Shown here in pieces: positions 1 through 8,365 of a stretch of DNA of 47,664 nucleotides (its first letter is position 1; each line of letters opens with the position of its first letter). Source of the DNA: a virus (lineage: Duplodnaviria; Caudoviricetes); IMG/VR virus record IMGVR_UViG_3300027571_000014, positions 1 to 47,664 of that record; one strand, 5' to 3'. The notes under the pieces are model-generated. The model did no database searches and was not told the origin of the DNA. It worked only from the letters and a program-made list of their open reading frames with translations. A program made the translations under genes and the position numbers.

Positions 1-277
1 CTTTGTAGTACAAGTCGTGATTACCAGCAAACATGTAAAAGTTATCAAACGCTGCACCAACCTTTTCTAAACTGCGAATGCCTGCATCCATAGTAGTTAG
101 GTTTAAACTGTTTCTATTATGATTCCAGTCACCACAAAAAAGCGCAGTTTCGCAACCGTGTTCTTTTGCAGTTCTGATGTACCAGTCGATAAAATCTTCA
201 CAATCTTGATTATGCATTTTACTGTTACTTTTCAAGCCGAAATGTATGTCAGTAAATACTGCTGCTTTTTTAAACAA
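1..277 (-). CDS. gp47: Recombination endonuclease subunit, T4 gp47 / Mre11-SbcD family (5' part only, runs off the window)
   Basis: Missing from the ORF track; read manually. TTG start at 277 after a GCGGAG RBS gives MFKKAAVFTDIHFG...FCGDWNHNR...FAGNHDLYYK, i.e. the metallophosphoesterase DxH, GD and GNHD motifs; adjacent to the gp55-like gene. Confidence 0.88.
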   Translation of the reverse strand, partial: MFKKAAVFTDIHFGLKSNSKMHNQDCEDFIDWYIRTAKEHGCETALFCGDWNHNRNSLNLTTMDAGIRSLEKVGAAFDNFYMFAGNHDLYYK

Positions 278-299
278 GTTTAGACTCCGCTTTTTCTAT

Positions 300-328
300 A
301 GTATAGCAAACATATTCAATAAAGTCAA
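300..328 (-). promoter_or_regulatory. sigma70-type promoter for the gp47-like gene
   Basis: On the - strand: TTGACT (328-323), 17-nt spacer ending TGC (extended -10), TATACT (305-300), followed by the RBS. Confidence 0.8.
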
Positions 329-332
329 ATGA

Positions 333-1178
333 TTATTTTTTAGATGTATATGCAGTAGCTCCGGCTTCTTCGTTTCTCTTAATCGAAGCCTCCCACTCTC
401 CTTGATGCATCCTTGTATGACTTGGTTTGAGATCATTCATCTCTAGAATGTCGTCTCGAATATTTTGATTGCGCTTTTCTAAGTTAATAACACGAACAAA
501 ACTGTTTGTAACTGCTGCTGTGTAATAAGCAAACGGATTATTTGACTTTGATTCGTCAAATTGTAAACCGATCTGTGATAGTTGAAGGATTGCTTGACCT
601 TTCATTTCGTCATTGTATGTATAACCACGAACATTTCCTCTTGTAGCATATCTATCCACAAGTTTCATCCACATCATAGCAAGATTGTTTGTTGCTTTAC
701 CATGCTCTTTGGAAAAGTTCCCATTTTCCATACCACCCTGCCAATGACTTTTACCAACACAAACAAGTTCACCGTCTTCGGTAAATTTATAATGTTGAAA
801 AGGCGGAAAGTTTAATTTAGTTTTAGTATCAGCAATTGTTTTTGGATTTTTCTTTCGCCCAGGCTCTTCGGGTATATGATCGAATGTCATAATGCGAAAG
901 ATTAGTTCTTCTTTAGTGATTGTTCGATAATCGATTTCGCATTCTGCTTGTTTTACTTTTTGACCTGCCATTTTACGAGATTCGTAATCTTCGTTTGACA
1001 GACGTTTTGCTTTGTTTCGCTTTGCTTCAGCAATAGTTCGGATATTAACAGCATCAGTGCTTAACAAAATAATATCAAACTGATGATAATCTACGTCAAC
1101 GAAGCTATTGTAAGTATTTTTTGACCTATGTATCTCTAATAATAGATCTTTATTGTTTAGGTAATTTCTTTTGCGCAT
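333..1178 (-). CDS. gp55: RNA polymerase sigma factor for late transcription (T4 gp55-like)
   Basis: N-terminal NYLNNKDLLLEI and C-terminal GYTYNDEMKG...FDESKSNNPFAYYT...SFVRVINLEK match the gp55 pattern (YVNNK...; Y-x-DEM...FD-x2-K-x2-NPxAYxT...EK); AAGGA RBS. Confidence 0.88.
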   Translation of the reverse strand: MRKRNYLNNKDLLLEIHRSKNTYNSFVDVDYHQFDIILLSTDAVNIRTIAEAKRNKAKRLSNEDYESRKMAGQKVKQAECEIDYRTITKEELIFRIMTFDHIPEEPGRKKNPKTIADTKTKLNFPPFQHYKFTEDGELVCVGKSHWQGGMENGNFSKEHGKATNNLAMMWMKLVDRYATRGNVRGYTYNDEMKGQAILQLSQIGLQFDESKSNNPFAYYTAAVTNSFVRVINLEKRNQNIRDDILEMNDLKPSHTRMHQGEWEASIKRNEEAGATAYTSKK

Positions 1179-1197
1179 GTTTTTTCCTTATATACTA

Positions 1198-1226
1198 ATT
1201 ATAATATATTCTGTTAATTTTGTCAA
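1198..1226 (-). promoter_or_regulatory. Perfect sigma70 consensus promoter for the late sigma gene
   Basis: On the - strand: TTGACA (1226-1221), 17 nt, TATAAT (1203-1198). Confidence 0.88.
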
Positions 1227-1233
1227 CTAAATA
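1227..1233 (+). promoter_or_regulatory. Putative late promoter (CTAAATA variant) for the baseplate operon
   Basis: aaCTAAATAcg lies 19 nt before the ATG at 1253 and upstream of a TAAGGA RBS; resembles T4 TATAAATA and the ATAAATA motifs in four other gaps. Confidence 0.6.
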
Positions 1234-1252
1234 CGTATGTTAAGGAAAAAAT

Positions 1253-1993
1253 ATGGCAAATCAATCTTCAGACTATAAAAATTATTATTCTACACACCTA
1301 ACTACAGAAGCAGCAAGACTTCGTCAAGCAGGATTAGAATTCGGTGCATCACCTAGAGTGATCACACCGACAGTTGCAGCAACTCGAGTTGAAGAAAATC
1401 AAGAATACGATTGGCGTGTAGGACTTGATATTCCTGGATTTCTTAAAAGTTCTCCTCTTATTGCACCTTTAGGTGATAGATTGGTTTTTCCTTTTACACC
1501 AACAATTATTTTAGGCCATAGTGCATCTTATGCAGCAATACAGCCTACACATACAAATTATCCATATTATGCGTATCAGAATAGTCAAGTTGATACTATT
1601 ACTATTAATGGAGATTTTTTTACTGAAAACAATAGTGATGCAATACATTGGGTTGCAACAATACATTTTTTAAGAACGATGACAAAGATGTTTTATGGCG
1701 AAGGCGAAAACAGCGGAAAACCACCGCCCATGACAAGACTTAATGGATACGGAAAACATGTAATGAATAACATTCCAGTTGTAATTACAAACTTTACTAC
1801 AGATTTGCCTGCAGACGTTGATTATGTTCCTTGTGAGATCGGCGGTAATGACGGAAGTATAAATTATGTTCCGACACAATCTACAATCACTGTTCAAGTA
1901 GCACCAAATTATGCTAGAAGAAATGTTGCTAAATTTGATTTAAAGAAATATGCTGATGGGGGATTTGTCGGCGGTGAAGAAGGATTTGTTTAA
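1253..1993 (+). CDS. Baseplate-tail tube junction / tube initiator protein (gp48/gp54, CIS-tube-like)
   Basis: LVFPFTPTI...ITINGDF...FLRTMTKMFYG...GKPPP...LNGYG...PVVITNF pattern typical of tube-fold initiators; position upstream of gp53 and hub. Confidence 0.7.
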   Translation: MANQSSDYKNYYSTHLTTEAARLRQAGLEFGASPRVITPTVAATRVEENQEYDWRVGLDIPGFLKSSPLIAPLGDRLVFPFTPTIILGHSASYAAIQPTHTNYPYYAYQNSQVDTITINGDFFTENNSDAIHWVATIHFLRTMTKMFYGEGENSGKPPPMTRLNGYGKHVMNNIPVVITNFTTDLPADVDYVPCEIGGNDGSINYVPTQSTITVQVAPNYARRNVAKFDLKKYADGGFVGGEEGFV

Positions 1994-2286
1994 TGAGTAA
2001 CCAAAGCGCATACGGAAAAACACAAGTTACAAATCAAGGGTATCTTGATATATTAATTCCACAAACAGTTCCAGCATCGAATACTGATATTTTATGGGAA
2101 ATTACAAATAATTATAGTTTACGCCCAGACTTACTTGCAAATGATTTATATGGATCAAAAGATCTTTGGTGGGTGTTTGCACAAAGAAATATGGATACTT
2201 TAAAAGACCCGGTATTTGACTTTGTTGCAGGTACAAAAATTTATATACCGCAAGGAAGTAATTTACAAGATAAGCTAGGAAGCTAA
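1993..2286 (+). CDS. gp53: Baseplate wedge subunit, gp53-like (LysM-like)
   Basis: RPDLLANDLYGSKDLWWVFAQRN...DP...GTKIYIP motif; 97 aa; TAATG overlap with the upstream gene. Confidence 0.85.
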   Translation: MSNQSAYGKTQVTNQGYLDILIPQTVPASNTDILWEITNNYSLRPDLLANDLYGSKDLWWVFAQRNMDTLKDPVFDFVAGTKIYIPQGSNLQDKLGS

Positions 2287-5200
2287 ATGGCAATAAATTT
2301 AAAATCGTTAATTACATCTCAAGTTCCTGGCATACAAACTATAACTAAAGCTACGTCAGCTGCACAAGTAATTGGAAAAACAGCTACAGGACTTCCGAGA
2401 AATCCTGCATCAAATCTAAATCAAGTACTTGATTTAACAAGTGATATTGACACTGCATTTGCAGCACCAATGGTTGTAGCACTTGATCCTGGAATTAATA
2501 ATATGCAAACTTTAATTAATTCTAAAGTTAGTAATATTGATCCTAGATTAGCACTTTCAGTTGCTGGATTAGCAGTAGCATCAAAAGCAAGCGCATCAGG
2601 ATTAGATGGATTAAAGAATTCATTACCTTCGATGAGCAGTTTATTAGATAATAAATTTAAAAATATTCCAACAAATATAGCTGCAAGTAAGTTAGGATAT
2701 GCTACTAATGTGTTGTCGCCTGGATTACCGACATCGATATCTAATATCACTAATCCTTTAAGTAATACACTTGGTGGATTAGGAGCAAGTGTTTCTGGAC
2801 AAATTACTGGACAGATTAATAGTGCAATTGGTCTATCATCTGGTTCATTAGGAGCAAGCGTTGTTGGATCAGCAGTATCGTCATTGACAAATTCAAATTC
2901 TGCACTTGGAAAAATTAGTAATGTAGTTAACACTGTAAATACTGTCAAAAATATAGCACAGAATCCAGGAGCAGCACTTGGTAGTTTAGCATCTTCCGCT
3001 ATACAAAATACTATTGGAAATAAACTTGGAAAATTAGGAGCACTTGCTAACTTAGGGTTAGGAGACATTTTTGATCCAATTTCTAAACTTACATCGTTAG
3101 GAAAAGGACTATCTGATTTAAATGATTTTAGTAAAATTGTAATAAAAGGAAGACAAGAGTTGTCGAGTCTTACAGGCGGCTACTTTGAACAAATAGAAAA
3201 TCGAGTTGTAAATTTAGTATCATCTCTTGATGAAGCACAATCATACTTGTTAAATTCGTCAGGATACGATGATGCAGTTTTAAACATTATGCAACGTAAT
3301 AACATTCCTATAAAAAAAGGAAATGATGGTTCAAATAAATTCGGAAATAAACTAAGACAGTATAGTAGTTGTAATTATGTAATTACATTAGGTGTATTAT
3401 CGCCTAATGAACTAAATTTTCCTAACACATACCTAAACAACGGATTACAAGCAATTATATGTAAATCTTCAGGAGGATCTTTAGGACAAAGAATTACTAC
3501 TGTTAGTGAAGGAGACGAACATGCAGAATATTATATTGAAGACTTATCAATAAATTCAGTTATTGCACCTAATCCAGACACTGGAGTATCAATGGGTACA
3601 AATGTTTCTTTTAAAATTATTGAACCGTACAGTATGGGAAAGTTCCTAGAAGCAATTAGAGAGACAGCAGCAAGTTTAAATTTTGGAAGTTTTGCAAGAG
3701 TGCCATTTTGTCTAAAAATTGAGTTTACTGGGTACGACGAAAACGGTGATGTAAAGGCTGATCATATTTCACCTAGTTATATCCCTATTATGATTAACAA
3801 AGCAGATTTTAGTGTAGACGGCCAAGGTAGTACATATGATGTTACTGGTGTAATTTATACCGAAGTAGCATATGAAGATTCTGTTGACGAAATAAAAACT
3901 AATGTTAGTGCGCAAGGTACATTTGTGCATGAAGTTCTTGAGAATGCAGATAATTCTGTAACACGTGGTATAAATGATACTTTAGAATTTTTAGAAGAAA
4001 ATACGTCAATTAGCGGATATGATAGATACTTGATATTATTTCCAAAAGAGTCAGCTGATGTATCGATTGCATTAGCGGGTATTGGTATTTCTGAAAGTCA
4101 AATAATTGATTTTGATACTGCTGAATTAGCACGTAGAAAAACGCAGAAACAGCAGGATGTAAATTCAATATCAACTAATGATAATTATGCAAATGCTGCG
4201 TTTGATACACCATTGCCTACATTAACTAGATCGCAATCTGCTAAACTATACAAATATTTAAAAATATGGGGTAGTGACGAAAGTAATATTAACCAAATAG
4301 GCCTAAGTCCGGTTATTGAAGATACAAATCAGTATAAACAAACAATGTATACAACTGCTAATTATGAAAAAGAAGCATTTGGTATCGAACCTGCAGAAGA
4401 GATACCAGACCCGTTAGACAAGACTCTTAAATTTCAGTATCCGCAGAAAGAAAAAATATCGAACATAATTCAAGATGTTGTACTTAATAGCAAATACATA
4501 CAGGATTCATTAGACCAAGATAGGGACGACGGAAATAAAGCGTTTTTTAAAATAGAACAAATGGTATTCATTGAAGACGAGTCACCGATAAATTCTGATA
4601 TAGGTCGTCCTAGAATGACGTATGTATATAATGTTGTTCCGTACTTTGTAGATGAATCAAAAGTAGCAGCACCAAACGAAGTTGGAAAAAACACCTCAGG
4701 TAAGAAAGCAGTTGCACCAAAAGAGTATAGTTATATGTATACTGGAAAAAATGAAGATGTTTTAGATTTTAATATCAACTTTAATGCTTCGTTTTATGAA
4801 CTAGTATTAGCTGATCTAAATACAGGAACACCATTGGCTGGAAATAGCACAGTGTCAGTACCAAGTAACACTCCAAACGTAAGTAAAGTTAAATCAACAT
4901 CTAACAATGAAGTAACATCATCTGTTGCATTAGCATCAGACTATCAAAGCAAGTTACCGAACGGCGCACAACTTACACCTGAACAGCAACAAAAAAGATT
5001 AAGAGCCGAATATTTTCACGATAGGGTAATTAATTCACCAATAAATATGGTAAGTGCTGAACTTGTAATTTGGGGCGATCCGTTCTACATACCATCAGAT
5101 CTAGGCAATAATAGAGCTAGAACAATAAGTATGAATATAGACGAAAATGCCAAAGCAGCTACCGGAACAAACGAATTATTATTAGTTGTAAACTTTAGAA

Positions 5201-5430
5201 CACCACTAGATTACCCGCAATTAAATGGACAATTTATAATGGATATGCCAGAGCTTGTAAAACCGTTTAGTGGATTATTCCAAGTTGTATCAGTTAATCA
5301 TACATTTGATTCGGGACAATTTAGACAAAGTCTACAACTTATTAGACGGCCGCGACAGACTGATAAACCAACCGGAACAACTGGTGTATCTAAATCGTCT
5401 GAAAACATTAATCGTGGAGGAGCAAGGTAA
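2287..5430 (+). CDS. Baseplate hub protein (gp27 / late control D-like) with a long low-complexity N-terminal extension
   Basis: C-terminal ELVIWGDPFYI and FSGLFQVVSVNHTFDSGQFRQSLQLIR hub signatures; position between gp53 and gp5; first ~290 aa rich in S/G/L/A/N. Confidence 0.7.
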   Translation: MAINLKSLITSQVPGIQTITKATSAAQVIGKTATGLPRNPASNLNQVLDLTSDIDTAFAAPMVVALDPGINNMQTLINSKVSNIDPRLALSVAGLAVASKASASGLDGLKNSLPSMSSLLDNKFKNIPTNIAASKLGYATNVLSPGLPTSISNITNPLSNTLGGLGASVSGQITGQINSAIGLSSGSLGASVVGSAVSSLTNSNSALGKISNVVNTVNTVKNIAQNPGAALGSLASSAIQNTIGNKLGKLGALANLGLGDIFDPISKLTSLGKGLSDLNDFSKIVIKGRQELSSLTGGYFEQIENRVVNLVSSLDEAQSYLLNSSGYDDAVLNIMQRNNIPIKKGNDGSNKFGNKLRQYSSCNYVITLGVLSPNELNFPNTYLNNGLQAIICKSSGGSLGQRITTVSEGDEHAEYYIEDLSINSVIAPNPDTGVSMGTNVSFKIIEPYSMGKFLEAIRETAASLNFGSFARVPFCLKIEFTGYDENGDVKADHISPSYIPIMINKADFSVDGQGSTYDVTGVIYTEVAYEDSVDEIKTNVSAQGTFVHEVLENADNSVTRGINDTLEFLEENTSISGYDRYLILFPKESADVSIALAGIGISESQIIDFDTAELARRKTQKQQDVNSISTNDNYANAAFDTPLPTLTRSQSAKLYKYLKIWGSDESNINQIGLSPVIEDTNQYKQTMYTTANYEKEAFGIEPAEEIPDPLDKTLKFQYPQKEKISNIIQDVVLNSKYIQDSLDQDRDDGNKAFFKIEQMVFIEDESPINSDIGRPRMTYVYNVVPYFVDESKVAAPNEVGKNTSGKKAVAPKEYSYMYTGKNEDVLDFNINFNASFYELVLADLNTGTPLAGNSTVSVPSNTPNVSKVKSTSNNEVTSSVALASDYQSKLPNGAQLTPEQQQKRLRAEYFHDRVINSPINMVSAELVIWGDPFYIPSDLGNNRARTISMNIDENAKAATGTNELLLVVNFRTPLDYPQLNGQFIMDMPELVKPFSGLFQVVSVNHTFDSGQFRQSLQLIRRPRQTDKPTGTTGVSKSSENINRGGAR

Positions 5431-8357
5431 TGAGTAAAACGGTTATTTTTGCAGCAGGGTATTTTGATGGAGATACGAGCAATCCTACATATAACAATGT
5501 TCGTCAAATAATTAAAAATCTTCGACTTAAAGGTTATACTAATATTATAGTTGTGCCATGTGATTATGGAAGTGAGTTTGGATTTTATGATGTACATTTG
5601 CAAACAAACTATGCTGTCAACGACGAAAATCAAGGAGATATAACAATATACGATACTTCTATGAAATATTGTTATGAAGAAGGCCCAGGACTATTAACTC
5701 TAGATGCATGTATACAAATAAAAAATAAGTATCCTGATGCAGTTGTATTTGGTGATATAAATGCAATACGTATAAATGCAAATAATACAATGGCTGGATG
5801 TAAGAAAGACGCAGATACAACATATCTAGTTGAAACGTCAACTACAAAGGTACCCGATGCTCCTAAAGAAGAAGCTGCTCCACCGGAACCTGATCCTGAA
5901 ACTCCGCCGAGTAAGAAATTACAAGGAGTTAGTGTACCGGCTGATCTGCCTATATCAGATAGTGATATAAATGATGGAGACAGGTTTTTATCGTATAGCA
6001 CAAATCCGAGTACCGGAGATTATGAATCATATCAAGTTGAAACTTCCGGTGTTGATGCAGATGGATTTTCATTTACTGAAATTAAAACAGTTCCTATAGA
6101 TCCTTCTGCTACGCCAACTCCTACACCAGAACCAACCCCTACACCAGAACCTACGCCGACACCAGAACCTACGCCGACACCGGAACCTACGCCGACACCA
6201 GAACCTACGCCGACACCGGAACCTACGCCGACACCGGAACCTACATCAGAACCTGTAACGACTGCGGTTGACACTACAGTTCAAAAAAAGTTTAGAATTA
6301 CACAACAAGAAATGCATTTATTAGACTTAATTGCAAAAGCTGAATCCGGAACTGATCAGTCTGCATACACTGCATATTTTAGTAATTCAAAAGATCCGAC
6401 ATTAACTGATAAAACATTAAGACAAGTTCAGATGTTTCAGGCTAAGTTATTAAAGCGCGAAGGCATATTAGGTAAATCGAGTGCAGTTGGTAGATATCAA
6501 TTTATAACAGCTCCGTTAAAAGAAACAATTAATTCAATGGGATTAGATTTAGATTTTACTAAATTTACGCCAGAAGTACAAGATGCATTGATTATCACAA
6601 GACTAAAAAATCTTCGTAAGTTAGAAAAGTGGAAAACTAATAAAGTATCTGATCGTGATTTTATGATTAATCTTGCAATGGAATTTGCTAGTATACCAGT
6701 GCCAACAGATGTACCAGCTCGCTCAATAACTTCAACTTTGCCTGTAAGAGACCTTGTTCCGGGCGAGAGTTTTTGGTCCGGAGTAGCTGGAAATAAATCC
6801 GGTCATAGTCCGTTACAATTTCTACAAGCTATAAAGGATATTCGATTAGGTGGTCCAGGTAATGTTAAAAATGTAGATATATCGTCAGCAGGCGAAAGTG
6901 CACCGCATCCGTTTAGCGGAAATACTATGAAAAGAACAGTGGAATCAGCAACAACTGAAAACCCTACTTCCGGCGGCAAAAGAACAGCAACAAATCCAGG
7001 CATTCCATGCGAGCTTCCAGATGTTGCAGATCCCTACGAATATGAATTAATAGATTCAGCAGATAATAGATATGATTTTCGTTTAGGTAAAAAAATTAAA
7101 GATTTAAAAACCTGCGGATCAACACCGTTAATTAACTATCCTAATTATGCAGCACCTGGTTCGGACGCATTATTTCAACCCGGAGTTTCACCTAATGAAA
7201 TTATTCCAGACGTACTATCATCAGTTGATCCTACTATAATTGATACTATTACACAACAGCCAAAAATTATATCGCAACTTGCAAAACAAACAAATGCTGG
7301 ACTAATACAAGAACAGTTAAAAAAGACAGGCATCGGGTCATACGATGAAATTGCAAATGTACTCGGAGTATGCGATAACATTTCTGGAATGTCAACTAAC
7401 TATTTAAAATCATTTGCATCTGTAAATAATAATTCTATCAGAAATATATTTGGTTCAAAGGTAATCGACTTATCCGACATACAATTAAATGATATAAAAG
7501 GTAGTACTACATCATTTTACGACCATGTGTTAAAAGATCAAGGTGGTAGCTTATTTCAACCTAGAGGATTTATCGGGTTAGCAGGAAAAGCTAATTACGA
7601 AAGAATGTCAGATAAATTGGGTATTGATCTAATTTCAAATCCACTATTAGCATCAGTTCCTCAAAATGCAGCAGAAATTGTTGGAAATCTTTATGGCGGA
7701 TTAAAGCGAGATGTGTCAAGTTTGAGAAACGTATTTTCAGTAGCAACTGGTGTTGATCCATTTGTTTTAACCAATAAACGTGTAAGAGGCGAATTTTTAG
7801 GACAGTTTAACAAGACTAAACTAGCAGCAGCACAGTGGGCAGATATTATTACAGCAGAAGAGAAATCAACTGTAATTGGTGATGTTATTCCTTGGAATAA
7901 TCCTGATAGTTTAAAAGGAATCTCAGATAAACCTTTACCTTTAGGAAGAACAGTAGCTAGTAAACAAAAAAATACAGATTTTTCAAAGTCTGATTTAAAA
8001 TTTATCGAAACAGCGCAGGATGATCCTGAACTTGTAAATATAACAAAGTCGCATTGGAGCGAATCAGCTGGAAAAATATACGAAACTGAGTCTGGTAACT
8101 TAGTAGGTGACGTTCCTAAAGATTATGAGATATCAACTACTACTGGCGGCGATGTAACAGTTATTAAGCCAAACTATGATTTTGTAAATAACGGCAGTGG
8201 CGCAATAGCAGACCATGCAACGTTACTAACACAGCCGACGAGATTCTTTAGAAATAGAGGATCAGCACAACGACAAATAGCAAGATATAATTTAAATGAA
8301 AGTGATTTTGTATTCACAACAACGCCCGGCGGCAGAGTACAATTAAGAAAAAAATAG
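5430..8357 (+). CDS. Multi-domain, probably virion-associated peptidoglycan hydrolase: SGNH-like domain, Pro/Thr linker, lambda-R-like lysozyme domain, degenerate GH19 domain
   Basis: LLDLIAKAESG...SSAVGRYQF...FTPEVQDAL (lambda-R/GH104-type fold with catalytic Glu); QPRGFIGLAGKANY...LGIDLISNP (GH19-like); (PTPTPE)7; GGAGGAG RBS. Confidence 0.72.
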   Translation: MSKTVIFAAGYFDGDTSNPTYNNVRQIIKNLRLKGYTNIIVVPCDYGSEFGFYDVHLQTNYAVNDENQGDITIYDTSMKYCYEEGPGLLTLDACIQIKNKYPDAVVFGDINAIRINANNTMAGCKKDADTTYLVETSTTKVPDAPKEEAAPPEPDPETPPSKKLQGVSVPADLPISDSDINDGDRFLSYSTNPSTGDYESYQVETSGVDADGFSFTEIKTVPIDPSATPTPTPEPTPTPEPTPTPEPTPTPEPTPTPEPTPTPEPTPTPEPTSEPVTTAVDTTVQKKFRITQQEMHLLDLIAKAESGTDQSAYTAYFSNSKDPTLTDKTLRQVQMFQAKLLKREGILGKSSAVGRYQFITAPLKETINSMGLDLDFTKFTPEVQDALIITRLKNLRKLEKWKTNKVSDRDFMINLAMEFASIPVPTDVPARSITSTLPVRDLVPGESFWSGVAGNKSGHSPLQFLQAIKDIRLGGPGNVKNVDISSAGESAPHPFSGNTMKRTVESATTENPTSGGKRTATNPGIPCELPDVADPYEYELIDSADNRYDFRLGKKIKDLKTCGSTPLINYPNYAAPGSDALFQPGVSPNEIIPDVLSSVDPTIIDTITQQPKIISQLAKQTNAGLIQEQLKKTGIGSYDEIANVLGVCDNISGMSTNYLKSFASVNNNSIRNIFGSKVIDLSDIQLNDIKGSTTSFYDHVLKDQGGSLFQPRGFIGLAGKANYERMSDKLGIDLISNPLLASVPQNAAEIVGNLYGGLKRDVSSLRNVFSVATGVDPFVLTNKRVRGEFLGQFNKTKLAAAQWADIITAEEKSTVIGDVIPWNNPDSLKGISDKPLPLGRTVASKQKNTDFSKSDLKFIETAQDDPELVNITKSHWSESAGKIYETESGNLVGDVPKDYEISTTTGGDVTVIKPNYDFVNNGSGAIADHATLLTQPTRFFRNRGSAQRQIARYNLNESDFVFTTTPGGRVQLRKK
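6114..6239 (+). repeat. In-frame 18-bp tandem repeat, 7 units, encoding (PTPTPE)7
   Basis: Units 3-7 are CCTACGCCGACACC(A/G)GAA; units 1-2 are synonymous variants; a degenerate PTSEP unit follows. Confidence 0.97.
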
Positions 8358-8365
8358 GTTAAGAA

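Noticed and set aside
2421-3068. Long antisense ORFs (also 6032-6274, 30491-30970, 31070-31573 and the other short track ORFs nested in genes)
   Set aside because: Shadows of the main-strand codon pattern or low complexity; no recognisable motifs; they overlap well-supported genes
6114-6239. Direct repeats as a CRISPR array
   Set aside because: Contiguous 18-bp units with no spacers, in frame within a CDS, varying only at synonymous sites; no cas genes
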